Made by a program: the position numbers and the translations under genes. A DNA stretch of 64,000 nucleotides from positions 44,640,001 to 44,704,000 of the forward strand of contig CM059444.1 of the NCBI GenBank assembly GCA_030390025.1, written 5' to 3'. Positions within the stretch are counted from its first letter, which is position 1. Every line of letters starts with the position of its first letter. Shown here in pieces: positions 36,673 through 50,259 of the stretch. The notes under the pieces are model-generated. The model searched no databases and was not told where the DNA came from. It worked only from the letters and a program-made list of their open reading frames with translations. The DNA is from Squalus acanthias (Eukaryota).

Positions 36673-39600
36673 ATTCCTCTGTCACATCATGATGCTTTAT
36701 ATGTACTAGACAACTTCCACCTGTCCTCGTTGCCTCCCTCCCCCATTCCACAGGACTTTGTATGGTAAAGTGTTAACTATCACTAGAAAAACATTTAAAG
36801 ATTGTTCTTGGTAAATAGGGAAGTATACCTTAGAACGTGAATAAACAAGCTTTTATGTACCTAAAACTGTTACTTGTACATTAACCAGAGAAAATAATTC
36901 TAAAGGAATACATTTGTTGTAGTCAAGTGCCAGTTACTAGGGTCTGCAAATTCGAATCAAGAAAATGGAGAAGGCAGCAGAAGAGTTGCTTTTCTTTCTC
37001 GAGCTCAGTGTTAGAAAGTAGTGCTTGGCTAGCTGATGAATGGAATTTTCCACACATGGTCTTATACACTGCTTATATGCAGAGAAAGAATCATTCATAG
37101 TTTTTTTTTTAATATTCTTTAAGTGACATTGTGCTACAAGAGCTAAATTTTTATTTGCTTTTCAAATACTTTTTATCTGATTTTTTTTCTCCCCCCTCCT
37201 TCCATTATTCTCAGTGAACTGTAGCAGTTTCTGGCAATTTGCCAAAGTGTCTCCATAATTCATGTACTGTATCTGGTTAGAGTGTGAGGCTTTTCAGCCC
37301 TTGGGTAGGCCAGTGGAAGTATTATAGACCAGTCATATCCTTGCCTGACGTTGAGACAATCTCTTTGTTGATTAGGAAAGTTAATGAAACCCATGGCTTC
37401 CTTGTTGACTCAATGAACAAGTGCACCTTGTGGTATAGCACTGCACCATTCAGATTAGAAAGAATGAGAGTTGATTCCCTGACCTGCACTGAGCTTGTCT
37501 GTCTAAGCTGGATAGTGCTCAATTGGTGTTTGGGGGCTAAATAGGGGAAAAATGAACTCGGGTCCCCACGCCAGAAACCTCTGGTGGAAGTTTATGTTTG
37601 TGGATATCAGCTATGATGTGATGGCCCCAATAGTTACTAACTCTCTCAAATAATGGCTGTGGCATACAGTTCCACAGGTGGCCACAGCAAGCTCTGGTAC
37701 CTAGCCCCACCATGCGCTGCCATCTTAAGATGAGGCATAAGAGGTGAAAGTTTGTAGGAGGAAAAGAAAATGAACTGGACTTAAAAATTGTGCTGTATAT
37801 ACTGATGCTGCTTTCAGCAAATTCTAGATTTCACTTCATAATGCAGATGGTGCAAGTACTGAGATTCCTTTTTAAGTACTGTACTACTATTTACAACAAA
37901 AGTATCGAACTCATTTGTAATGCAGATGTTTTTTTCTCAACAAAGCCATTCACTAGGCTAACAGTTTTCACCAAATCATAATGAACAGTAAACTAATCTT
38001 GTCTTTGGAAGTGAAACAGCTAAAATGATTTAACTTTAAATTTCTCACTAAGCAATTTTTCAATATGACAGCCAATTTCCTCTAGCTCTGGGGAATTATT
38101 CAGATACCTTGTATACGTTATTACAGCTCCTACAAACATTCAAAAATATTTAAGTTCTGTTTGTAGAACTCCTGTTATAACCTCTCCCAAAGGCTCATCT
38201 GATACCCAGAGTGGAACTGAGCCATACACACCTGGAAAGTCTTGCGTTCAATCCCAAATGTGCACTGACTCAGATGATTGGCCTGCCTTAAATTCCTCAG
38301 GCTTAAAGGGGTGGGGGTGGATGTGGAATTAGCTAATTCCAGTGACTTGCTGGAAGGTGTGTGTGTGAGGACAGCTTCAGTCTTGGTTGTGATAGCCACT
38401 TGGGTTGAATATCCTGCTTTCACTCATTAGAAGGTACCAAGGCGGCTGATGGCCATGGGGATGCACCCCAGTGAGATTGGGTGCCTTTAGGAGATTGAAG
38501 TAGGGAAAAACAAAGGTTTTTCATTCGCTGCCTAACCGGTATCATGAGATGAGAGGATGTGGGGTTGCCACCCAAAGAAGGTGCCACCAATGCTCAGGTT
38601 CCCTGTTAAGGGATAGGGAAAGTCAGTGGCAAGTTACTGCAAGTCATGTTGTAGTTGATTTGCACAAAGGAATTGGGACTGGCTTAGTAACAGTTTGCCT
38701 GCCTGCCGATCCTCCCTCTCGGTTTGGGAGTGCAGGTGAAGTGGCTAAAAGTTAACTTGAAATGGTGCTGAGGGGCTGAAAATAATAAAAATAAGTATCT
38801 ATGAAATAATTGCATTCTTATAGGTGCAACTGAAGGAATTCTTTGTACATGAAGTCTACAATTGTTGATTAGGTTGTGTGCAAAATATCTTTAAGTTGGC
38901 ATAGCTTTGCCTTTTGCAATTCCTCCTCCTTCCCAAAGAGCATAAGCTATGAGCAAAATGTAAGGTGTCACTCCCATAACCTCTGGAGAACTGATTGTGC
39001 TTCAGTGATGGAAGAAATGTAAACCGAATGTAAATTGCAGTCCCAGGAGCTTCCATTAACATATAAGCTGAACCGTTCAGACCAGGAATGTCCCAGGTTC
39101 AGTCTTCTGCTTTGTGCTGATCTCCGGAGAGTGGAGACAGCAGACTGTAGATTCCTCTTCCCTGCACGTAAAAAAACCCACAATCTATTTAAAAAAAAGA
39201 ATTGGCACCAAGAACAGGCACTGAGCCAGCCCAGTTTATCATATGAACTTGCGTCATGATGCTGCTTTGTGTCATGATACAAATACATTGATATGCTAAA
39301 CTGGTTTGTTGCATTTACAAGGAGGACTCGTGAGGTGTCTGTACCCAACGGTGGCTTGGGAGACCAAGGGAAAACATGGTCTTCACTGCAGTCAGAAGGC
39401 CACAGCTTGGTAGCTCTTCTATTTGGTAGTGCTGTTGACTATGCAGGTATCTGGGTCAGGACTCTACTACAAGTAGTATAATGTAAAAGCACCTGATTGT
39501 CTGGATGAAAACAGTCTCCGACTAAGAGTCTGCAGTTTTACGTAAATACTAACCAGTGATTTCAGCAGTTGTAATGTAACCCGAGGGTTAGGTGGCTGTA

Positions 39601-40864
39601 AACAACTCCAGCTCGTGCTTTAATACCATCTGAATCTCTTGGGGGGTGACTTGTAATAAATACCTTCCAGATATCCATTCTTGTCTATTTAAACCTTTCC
39701 ATCTCAGATATTTTAACGCTCACTGTTGTAGCAAATTCAGCATTTTTCCTCTTGATTGGATGAAAAAGTGTCCAATTGTAACCATTTGCACGTATCGGAA
39801 AATGTATTTTAAGAAGCTCATAACGTGACCAGAGACTGAGCCTTGTGAACTACAAAGAAATTTAATTTGAGTCCAAATTCTTATCCATAGCCCTTGTAAA
39901 ATTAACACCAACCTGAGCAGCCTAAAAATATACCAAGCAAAGAACATTGCCATGTGCCTATATAACAGTAAATTTTGCAGTCAAATCTTTACTTTAATAT
40001 GTAAACACTGACTGCTGGTCAGTCCCCTTTGAGCAGATGCAGCCTGTCTCTGTGTATTGCGTGGATCTTGTTTTCAGCAGAAAGAATATTTAATCAGAGC
40101 CAGCTTTCTTGGGGAAAAAAAATCATCAGAATGACTTGCAGCATTTTTCTTGAAGTTGAGCATTCATTTCTTCTTTTTTGTTACATCTGCATACTTTACA
40201 GTTTCTTAGAACCCTGAATGGTGTTAACAGTCTTAGCCCTTCACCAGTTGGGTGAGCCTATATAATCAATTACCCCTCCCTCTATATTGTCATTCAACAT
40301 AAAGTTCTTAACTTATCGTCCCAGATGTTGTGTTCGAGCTTGGCCCATAATTTGAGTTAAAAATCAGACTTGAGATCTAAAATGTAAACTGGAGGAATCA
40401 TGAACCTAAACCCTCAAACTACATTGTCTACATTAACAGTCACTGCAGTGCAAGAAGTTAGTCATTGTGTGATGTACTTCAAGAATTTTCAAAGTGCTAG
40501 GCTCTATACAAATACAAGTATAATGATCACATTTATTATAAGTTGGTGCTGTAGACCTAAAACACATTCTGACTGGAAATGATGGCATAATGTATTTAGA
40601 AAAAATAGCTCCTAGTTTCATGTAAGTGTTTTTGAAAATGAGTACTCTGATGGTTTGAAATGGTATAGTAGACTTGTGTTTCGAAGAGATATGAAATGTA
40701 CAGAGATTTGTTTATTAAGTTTTCAAACACTGGCTATGGATATTATAGAATAAATTTTCCATTCGGTTACTAACCCATCAAGATGGGAGTGGACATCTGA
40801 TAACGTCCAGATTTCTAGAATCCCATAGAATGTTGTGGTTGGATTTTTTTTTACCAGAACAGCC

Positions 40865-42560
40865 CCACCTTCCCTCCCTTAAGTCCAAGGGTTGCAGACT
40901 TGAAAGCATATGGCGCGCAACCGGTTTAGCCGTTGATAGCCAGAGCTGGCTGGACCACATTGAGCACTATCGGGTCCTGATCCCCTCTGCCAAAATTGTT
41001 CTCTTCTCCAGGATCACCCTGGAATGCAAGGATAACCCCCAGCTTCTTTTCTCCACTACCAACCATCTCCTTAAACCCCTCTCCCCTGCCCCTTCTACCC
41101 TCGCCTCCAACAAGAAGTGCAAGAAGCTCATGGACATCTTCTTCACAACGAGCGAGACCATCCGTTCAGCTACTTCTGACGCATTCCTCCCCTGCCATTG
41201 CCCACAAAGTCAAGGCTCTCCTGTGCCCTAACTCAGAATTCGTATCTTTCTGTAGTTTCTCTCCTAACTCCCCTCAAGCCTTCGCCGAGCTTACCTTGTC
41301 CATGGGACCCATCTCCTACTCTCTTAACCCTATTCCCACTAAACTGCTGACTACCCAACTCCCCTTCCTGCCTCCATGCTAGCTAATATTGTAAACTGTT
41401 CCCTCTCCTCGGGTATTATCCTTGAACGTGCTGTCGCCTCCCAATCCGTGCCCATCTTTCCCGCAACTCCATGTTTGAACCTCTCCAATCGGATTTCCAC
41501 CCCTGCCACAGCAATGAAATAGCCCTAATCAAAGTGACATCTTCTGTGACTGTGGCCATGGTGCACCATCCTCCTCCAATGCCTTTCCTCCGTTGTCCAG
41601 CTGAGTGGGATTGCCCTCGCCTTGTTGCACTCTTACCTATCCAGTTGTAGCCAGAGAATCTCTTGCAATGGATTCTCTTCTTGTCCCCTCCTATTTCTCA
41701 TCTACGTACTGCCCATTGACGACATCACTCAAAAACATGACACCAGGCTCCACGTATATGCTGATGACACCCAGCTCTACCTCACCACCACCTCGCTCGA
41801 CACCTACACTGCCCCAGAGTCGTCAGACATCAAGTTCTGGATGAGCTGCAATTTACTCCAATTAAACATTGGGAAGACCAAAGCCATTGTCTTCGTCTCC
41901 CGCCACAAGCTCTGTTCCCTCGGCACCTGTTTCATCCCTCTCCCTAGCCACAGTCTCGGGCTGAACCCGACTGTTTGCAACCGTGGCGTCCTATCTAATC
42001 CTGAGTTGAACTTACAACCCATATCCTCGCCATCACAAAGATGATCAACTTCCACCTCCGTAACATCGCTCGTCTCCGCCCCTGCCTCAGCTTATCTGTT
42101 GCTGAAACCCTCATCCATGCCTTTGTTACCACTAGACTCGACTATTCCAATGCTCTCCTGGCCGGCCTCCCATCTTCCACCCTCCATAAACTTGAGCTCA
42201 TCCAAAACGCTGCTGCCCACATTCTAACCTGCACCAAGTTCCACTAACCCATCACCCCTATGCTCGCTGACCTAGATTGGCTCCCAGTCTACCAAAGCCT
42301 CAATTTTAAAATTGTCATCTTCATGTTCGAATTGCTCCATGGCCTCGCCCCTCCCTATCTCTGTAACCTCCTCCAGCCCTACAACCCTTCAAGAACTCTG
42401 CGTTCCTCCAACTCTGGTCTCTTGTGCATCCCCCACTTTCTTTGTCCCACCGTTGGTGGCCATGCCTTCAGCCATTAAGTCCCTAAATGCTGGAATTCCT
42501 ACCCTAAGCCTCTCGGTCTCTCCACCTCTCTCCTACTTTAAGACGCTCCTGCTCAGTCTC
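40865..42560 (+). mobile_element. L2-clade LINE, internally deleted
   Basis: HSYLSSCSQ, PLLFLIYVLP, HVYADDTQLY, LNIGKTKAIVF, FHLRNIARLRPCL, HAFVTTRLDYSNALLAGLP. Confidence 0.92.
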
Positions 42561-42592
42561 CGCTGAATGCCTTTATTAGAGATTGTATAGTA

Positions 42593-42924
42593 CAGGAAAC
42601 TTTCGTTTATCCGGCACCGACGGGACCGGCGTGGTGCCGGTTGATCGAAAGTGCCGGATTACAGAGAGGTATACTTACCAAGGTACGAGAGCCCCGTACA
42701 CGGCCACAGGCTGAACAATTGGGACCCGGAGAGGGAAGGTAAACGAGACTCCGGCTTTTTCCTCCGTGGCGGCGACAGGTCGGAGTCGGAAGAACGTTGA
42801 CCCCCCTTTCATGGGGGCGATAGGTCAGAATCGGGGTCTTGTCTGTATAATAAAACTTACCTGATTTTTGCCGGTTAAGCGAGAATTCCGGATATTAGGG
42901 TGCCGGATAAACGAAAGTTTCCTG
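42593..42924. mobile_element. Tc1/mariner (Tigger/pogo-like) MITE
   Basis: Perfect 26-bp TIR CAGGAAACTTTCGTTTATCCGGCACC, TA on both sides, subterminal gccgg(a/t)t repeats. Confidence 0.92.
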
Positions 42925-43324
42925 TACTTGAAATGCTAAATTCAGAGGAGGACATAGAAAATTGAGAGGAGAGAATTGAGGAAGAACGGGAGAATTAAAA
43001 ACCAAAAGTTTTGGAAAATGCATTAAAATGTTTTCAATTAATGAAGCAGTAAGCATTGGAAAACTGTTTAAGTGGTACTGGCTAATATTTCTGACTTTAG
43101 ATGTGCCATACCACCCTTTAATTTTGATATGTGGAAAATACCAACATGTTCCCAGAGTTTGGGTTACATCTGATTAAAATTTATGTTGCTGTAAAATTGC
43201 ATCATTCTCAGAGATGACTATCTCTGACTATACAAGTAATATGAGAACAGTAAGTGGTTTTATCAGTTGTTCTTAGTGTGTGTGCGCGCGTTCGTGCGAG
43301 TGGATATGTATGTACATATATATG

Positions 43325-43585
43325 TACATAGAAACTAGGAGCAGGAGTAGGCCATTCGGCCCGTCGAGCCTGCTCCACCATTCAATACGATCATGGCTGA
43401 TCATCCAAATCCAGTACCCTGTCCCTGCTTTCTCACACAGAATCCCCATCGAGCCTGCACCGACACATATCCCACCCTATCCCCGTAACCCCACGTATTT
43501 AATTCCCCCCTAACATATCCCATCCTATCCCTGTAACCCCACATATTTAATCCCCCCCTAACACTAAGGGTCAATTTATCATAGC
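43325..43585 (-). mobile_element. CR1-type 3' tail joined to a SINE-like fragment with a ~48-bp tandem duplication (43464-43561)
   Basis: aggagcaggagtaggccattcggccc matches 3833-3900. catatccca.cctatccc.gtaaccccac.tatttaat.cccccctaa occurs twice. Confidence 0.6.
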
Positions 43586-46500
43586 GTGTGTGTGTATAAG
43601 GACAGGAAAAGCTTTTGAGAGATTTCCTTTCTCCGTTCCCATGAATGCCAAATTGGATGGCATAAAGCTGAAACAGATTTCACTTATTCCTGACTAGACA
43701 AAATGATCACAGCACATTGTCGGCAGAGGCAGTATGCATTCCTGATCACTATTTACAGTTCTTTGCTTTAGAGCTTAACTGAAGTAGTCTACATTCCTTG
43801 CATTCCAGATCCATTTACAATGTTGTGTGTAGTCATAAAGCATATACAGATCTTTAATGTTTAGTAAGGCCTTGATGGATAGCCAGTATTTTATTTTTTG
43901 CAGGCTGCATCACTGTATTTTATCAGTTTGAACAGCTTAATAGGCTAAGTGTATAAATGGTCTAAAAATGGATCAGTATCCTGCTGGTAAAACAGCCTTT
44001 CCAACCTGATCAAAATGTTTAGCAATGTGACAATTCAGCTAAGTGCTAAAGGCATGATGTGTTGCCAAATTGTCCGGAGAATTTGGTGCTGCTTCAAGTT
44101 CTGGGAGCTGTGCGGCTTCAGATGATTTCTGATGCGATCTGAAGCATATCTGGGATTCTGAGTTGCATACCTCCCTTTGTTCGTTTGCATTAAGACTTTG
44201 TGCAGCAGCCTCAACACTCGAGTCTCCCGGCCCCTTCCCCTCAGCCCTTCGTGGTGAATCGACTCTGTTGATCCTGCATACTGTTGTGATTGTGACTTTC
44301 TGACCTGTCTATTGTGTCTGTCTCAATGGAGCTGGTGGTTGATGAGATCACTGGAGGGGAAGCAGAGGGAGAGGAGGAAATTTGGTGTTTGTGCACAGGA
44401 GCAGCCAGTGATTTGTATTTCTGGCTGGATTTGGGATTAAAATTTGCCGTAACTGTTCCACTTATTCTGTTTGACACACATTACACCAGCAAACCCAAGC
44501 AATGAGAGGAGTGTATTTGTATTTCTTTTTTAAAAAGATGCAGATGAACTTGCGATTGTACAAAAATGTGGGTGTTGCCCTCAAAAGAGGGTGATTTGGG
44601 AGATTAAAAGTGCAACACTTTGCGAATAGTAATAAAAATGAATAGTTATGAAAGAAATGCAACAACATGTAAATAAGTCTGTAGACTTTACAGGGGAAGA
44701 ATTTGAAACAATGCATACATTGGAACAAAATTAGCAGTTCCATTCACAACAATCTGTTTCCTTTTATGGTACAATATAGTAACGCAACAAGATTTATTCA
44801 TGACTTGCGAGTGGGTGGTGACTTAATGCAATACATTTTCTGGCATTGAAGTAGAGAAGAACAATAGAAGTTCGCAACTGCCTTGGTTCACAAAACAGGA
44901 TGATGTCCCCATATTGTTTATGAAATGTACTGAACAAAGCAGGTTGTACGTGTATGATTTTGCCTACCCCAGCTCCTGAAATATCATACAGGATGAATAT
45001 TAACAGGTTTTTTTTAATTTGTACTAGTTTTATGTAAAGAACTAACTTTGCTTACTGACTCCCACCAATTCATTTTGGCAGCTGTAATTTCTCCCTCTTC
45101 CAAAAATCCACGGTGGCAGGAACCAATATAGCGTCATTGGAAATGTGCAGTGCCAGTAACTGTATACACGCAGTGCAACAAAGGTGGCATTCTATCCTTG
45201 TGCTTCCCCACTAGGTGAATGAGCAGTGGGCTCCCAGTTACTTCTGAAGACAGTTTTGCTAGAAAGTGTGACCAATGGGGAATCTTGGTAAATATGGAGT
45301 GAAGCACAGTGTTCCCCCCCGCCCCCACCCCTGCCCACGACAAGTGGAAAGCATCACTTGGTAACATGGCTGAGTGGTGATGGTGCTTGTTATATGTACT
45401 AGTAAGCAAGGTGGTGTTTGAAACACAAACTTTGTATGTAGCAACTTGGAGTGTGCTGGACTCGAGGTGCTTCTGGGCCTTTTCAGAGATTTCCATTAGT
45501 TGTAACATGAGAGCTGAGGTTTTATGCATGTCACAAAGCAAGAGAGCTTTTGTCTGTATGCCATTTTGTATTCTACTGTTTTCTAGTTTATTTACAGTCT
45601 ACTAGCAGGTACTGTACTAATGGAATTGTGGGATGATTCAGTTGCCCTTTATGAAATCAGCTAATTGGAATGCAGTACGCTAAATGATGACTTAACTCTG
45701 TTTATTTTCACACATCTGGTTTACCAAGAAGTAAAACTGTTTGTTTACCAGATGATCTATTCTTGTTTCAGAAGGAAGCTGAACCTTGTTTTGTGCTAGT
45801 AGTATGACATGTTTTTCACAACGTCGGCTGAAAATGATGTCTTGCATCAGACTGTACAGAGGGTCACAATCATGTTCAAATAGCTGTATTTAAGATAAAG
45901 AAAAACGGAAACACCCCTGCAATTTAATGCCAGTAAAAATGGATGGTATGTAATTACTTCCAGAGCTCTTTCTTTTCTTGAAGCCTCCTAAGCTCCTGCA
46001 GAATACAGCTTTCAGTAAAGTTCTGGCTTTCATAACTCACTTTGGCCCATGCACTAAAAGCTGGTTTGTATAAACCATTGCAAACTTGTGGATGTGATCC
46101 AAAACCAGATAACCTGCAGAAAGTCCACACTGTAGGCTTGATTAGGTGAAGGAAAGTGAATCGAAGCATAGCCTTTCAAAACAAAACACTGCTTTTATAT
46201 ATTTTAAGTTAATAGTACAGAGCTCTGTTCTCATTTGTTTTTGTCTTGGTGCCACTGTTCGACCCAATTTAAATTATTATGTACATCCCGATAGGTTTGG
46301 TTGAAGACCCTTCAGCTCATTTGCTCTTATCCTTCCCGAAAGCCAACTCTACCATCTTCCCATTTCAGCACCTATCGGTTTCTTAAATGAGTCCCAGGTC
46401 CTGGCCACAGTCTCCTTCCTGGCAACCTGTTCCAGTTGTTCATTACCCTCTGTGTAGAGAAGTACTTCTTGATGTTTGTCCTAAACTCTATCCATAATCC

Positions 46501-46637
46501 TGAACCAGTCATCCTTGCTCTGGCAAAGCGCAAGCATAAGCACAATGGGTTAAATGGCCTCCTTCTGTGCTGTAAACCTCAGAGGTTCCTTGTTGTCTTA
46601 GTCCACCTGACGGTGTTGGACTCGGGGTTATTTTTTA

Positions 46638-47352
46638 ATACCAAGACTGCCTACTTCCTCCTCTGTAACATCACTTGTCTCCGCCCCTGCCTCAGCTCAT
46701 CTGCTGCTGAAGCCCTCATCAATGCCTGGCTGGCCTCCCACCTCTGTAAACTTTTGAGCTCATTCAAAACTCTGCCTCCTGTATCCTAACTCGCACCAAG
46801 TCCCATTCACAATCACCCTTGTGCTCACTGACTTACATTGGCTCTCAATCCGGCAATGCCTCGATTTAAAAAAATAAATAAATAAAAAAATAATTCTCAT
46901 CCCTGTTTTCAAATCCCTCCATAGCCTCGCTCCTCCCTATCTCTCTAACCTCCTCCAGCCCTAAACCCCCCCCCGAGATCTCTGTGCTCCTCCAATTCTG
47001 GCCTCTTGCGCATCTCCGATTTTAATCGCTCTACCATTGGTGGCCGTGCCTTCAGCTGCCAAGGCCCTAAGCTCTGGAATTCCCTCGCTACACCTCTCTC
47101 CTCCTTTTAAGACGCTCCTTAAACCCTACGTCTTTGACCAAACTTTTGGTCATCTGTCCTAATATCTACTTATTTCCTATATTACAACAATGACTACACT
47201 TCAAAAAGTACTTCACATTGGCTTTAAAGCGTTTTGGGACGTCAGGTGGTCATGAAAAGTGCTATATAAATGCAAGATTTTCTTTTTTTCAGTCCTGTGA
47301 GGCACATTGGGTCATTTTACTATGTTAAAGGTGCTATATAAATGCAAGTTAT
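46638..47352 (+). mobile_element. L2 LINE 3' end, with a Deu-SINE tail (about 47170-47290) inserted before its own tail
   Basis: Matches 1025-1655 and 42050-42550. Two consecutive gctatataaatgcaag termini. Confidence 0.85.
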
Positions 47353-48756
47353 TATATTTTGTTAAGTATAATACACCTGTATATTAAGGGATACCTCTTT
47401 TCAATAATGAAGAGCTGTATCACATCTAGCCGTCTCTCAATGATTATCCCTCTGATGTGAGGGTTCAACCCAGTTGTGTTTCTTTGTGTCACCTCTAGAG
47501 CCTCGATGTGTCATTGTGTCATGGCAGCTGAAACTATGCATTATATTCTGTATGTCACCTAACTTATGTGGCTTTGAACCCCTTAACTATTTAAATATGT
47601 TGAGTGAGGTGCTAACTAGATCTTTAGATCAAATTCATTTTCCACTTGGCAAGTTCTATACACCCAGAGAGTATATGTGCCTAGTATTTTGACTTCCAGT
47701 TTGTATTACCTTGTGCAATTGCATATTGAACTTAATTTGTTACTGATCAACCCAGGTGCCTATGCTATTCAGATCTTGGTAAGATCTTGGCTGCTTCTTC
47801 AGAGTCCAAGGTCCCTTCAAGCTTGGCATTATCTGCAAATTTAACTGCCTTGCACTGAGACTGTGAATTCAGGTCATTTATGTACAGTAGGCACAGATAT
47901 GTTGCAGCATGACAAATTTATTTTTAAAAAGCAGCTGTAAAAGACTAAAATCTGATTTACATTATCAGTTCATGCCAAGGTGAATCTAGCGTGGATTCAA
48001 TGCTGCTGCAAAATTGGTGGTGTAAAGAAGAACAGATTGTACCCTCTCTGAGTGAAAAGTGCCACAGAAATAGACTTCTATATATGTGGTTGGTAGTGAT
48101 GAATTAAATGGGCTCTTGAGTATAATTCAAACTTTCAGCCAAAATTGAAAGATTTGAACAGAAATTATTTACGCAAGTGTGTATCTGACACATGGAATTC
48201 GAGCACTCTGCTCAATGGCTTGCTCACAATGTTCTAATGTTTAGCATACTAGAAACGTCTGAAGTAAAGGGCCGTAACTTCACAAATTACATCCTGAAGT
48301 CAACTTTCACCAACGGCTGGGGAAAAACCCTCTTACCCTTCCCTAAGTGTGGTGACTATGCTGTGGTTCTGTTCCAGGGTTTGCTGGCAGTTTTTTTTTG
48401 TTGTTCAGGTGAAGTACTTTTCTTCACATGAGCCCTGACAGTGATGGTGGGCTATTTTACCAAGGAGGACAAAACTGACCAGCCTTAATCTTGTCATCTG
48501 AAGATCCAAACGTTTGCATCTTTGACAACAGGTCACAAGAATGCAGTCGGGAGCAGGAACCCTGACTGACTTTCCCATCCATCGGCCACAGACATTAAGG
48601 CCAAGTAAAACGCTGCACTGTTACACTGGCTGCAGTTGGCACAGACCATAACTTGAAGCTGGGATCTTGCTTGTCTTTATGGTGGAATATCACATCATGC
48701 AAGGCATTTACTCCCTGATCCATTGGGGAATTCCTGGAGGGAGCAGAGAGGTAAAC

Positions 48757-48975
48757 CTGAAATAAAAACAGAAAATGCTGGAAACACTCAGCAGGTCAGG
48801 CAGCATCTGTAGAGAGAGAAACAGAGTTAACGTTTCAGGTCGATGACCTTTCATCAGAATGACCTGAAGCGTTAACTCTGTTTCTCTCTCCACAGATGCT
48901 GCCTGACCTACTGAATATTTCCAGCATTTTCTGTTTTTATTTCAGATTTCCAGCATCCACAGTTGTTTTTTTTTT
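48757..48975. mobile_element. Inverted pair of Penelope-like family B units
   Basis: 48757-48845 is the reverse complement of 48861-48945. The minus unit keeps CUGAUGA..GAAA; the plus unit starts after the core. Confidence 0.85.
48826..48859 (-). ncRNA. Hammerhead core intact, stem I shortened by the inversion junction
   Basis: Minus strand: UU CUGAUGA A AGGUC-AUC-GACCU GAAA CG UU AAC. Confidence 0.6.
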
Positions 48976-49599
48976 AGCAAAGTAAGCCATTTTTGAAGTC
49001 ATTTTCAAACCATCAGTGTAGTGACTCATCATCTTGTCCTCAATTCTCATTTTTGGTGGACATTAAAGTTGACAACAGAAACCTTTTCATGAGATGATAT
49101 CCAACTCTCCTTCAGACTGAGCCTTCATGAATGCGATATGTGATCAATTATCAGAACTGCCCTGACTTGGGACGGTGTAGATGGAGGCACGTTAAATTTA
49201 ATTTTTCCTCCTCAGCAGCCTAATACCTATTTGGGACTGGAGTAGTCATTCTTGTTACAAGCACAAATGGGACTGACCCTAATATACTGGAGAGATGAAT
49301 TCTCATTAATATTTGGAGCCATTGTAAAATGAAAAACATGTAAGCCCACTTTAATTTTAAGTTTGTTTAATTCCCCGCATGCATGAAAGATCCTCTGTGT
49401 CAGGACTGGGTAACATGAGAATTTGACTCTTCTCTTTCTGGCAGGTCTTTTACTTAAGGCAATTTTCCCCTCCCCCTCCTCATGTCCACCCCTAACAGAC
49501 TTGGTGAATCTTGTTATTATCCGACCCCTCTGCTTTCACTCACTTTTTCCAGATCCCTTGTCGGAAAAAAAAAATACCTCCTGTGAAAGGGAATATATC

Positions 49600-50245
49600 T
49601 AGTACATAAATTGTACTTAAAAACATTAAGCAAGGGGCTTGGGTTGACCTGTGCAGTGTGGGTTTCTTGTTTGTCGGCTGGGGCCATTTTCTCATTTTCA
49701 CAGTTCAGCTGAAAACAAAGGCCTCCTTATCCTTTCACTGAGCTGTGTTCACAAGCGCTGACATCAGCCTTCCCCCAGCAGGCAAATGTGCTGCATTAAG
49801 AGTCTACAGGGGAGTTGGGAAGCTTGACAGAAATCCTTTCTCATGACATTTTATTGATCAGTTGCTTCGTATCTGTGTAGAAAGCGAATGCCAAGAGCAA
49901 TAACAGTTGACACAATGCAGAAAATTATTGGTATGGATTTAACCCCTAAAGTCTTCATTTTCCTTTGGCCAATTTTTTTAAATACTTGTTGTTGTTGTTG
50001 TTGTTTACATAAAACCTTTTGAACTAAATATTGTAGTATTGTACGGTCAGTAACTTCATTTGCATTTAGTGCAGTTCAGAGGCGATTAGGAAAATGTGCA
50101 GCTCACTGATTCCCTGCGATTGCAAGGGACTTTTATGTTGAAATGGCTTCTGCCTGCCCAGCTTTTCATAAGATAGCCTGCCAAGATTCAGGGGCCCAGG
50201 ACTTTCTTGTGGGAGGACGTTGGGCTGCCTTCATGCTTTTTGACA
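49600..50245 (+). promoter_or_regulatory. Probable internal promoter and 5' UTR of the MIKVR isoform
   Basis: Repeat-free DNA upstream of the micro-exon, with a FOX-like TGTTTAC near 50002 and two TGAGTCA (AP-1) sites just downstream of the exon. Inferred from position. Confidence 0.45.
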
Positions 50246-50259
50246 ATGATTAAAGTGAG
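50246..50259 (+). CDS. VGLL4: VGLL4 alternative first coding micro-exon (M-I-K-V-R)
   Basis: acaATG ATT AAA GTG AG|GTTAGT. The phase-2 donor joins the exon at 54729 to give MIKVR-TKPVNGDF, matching a recalled short mammalian isoform MIKVR-NKTANGD. Confidence 0.8.
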
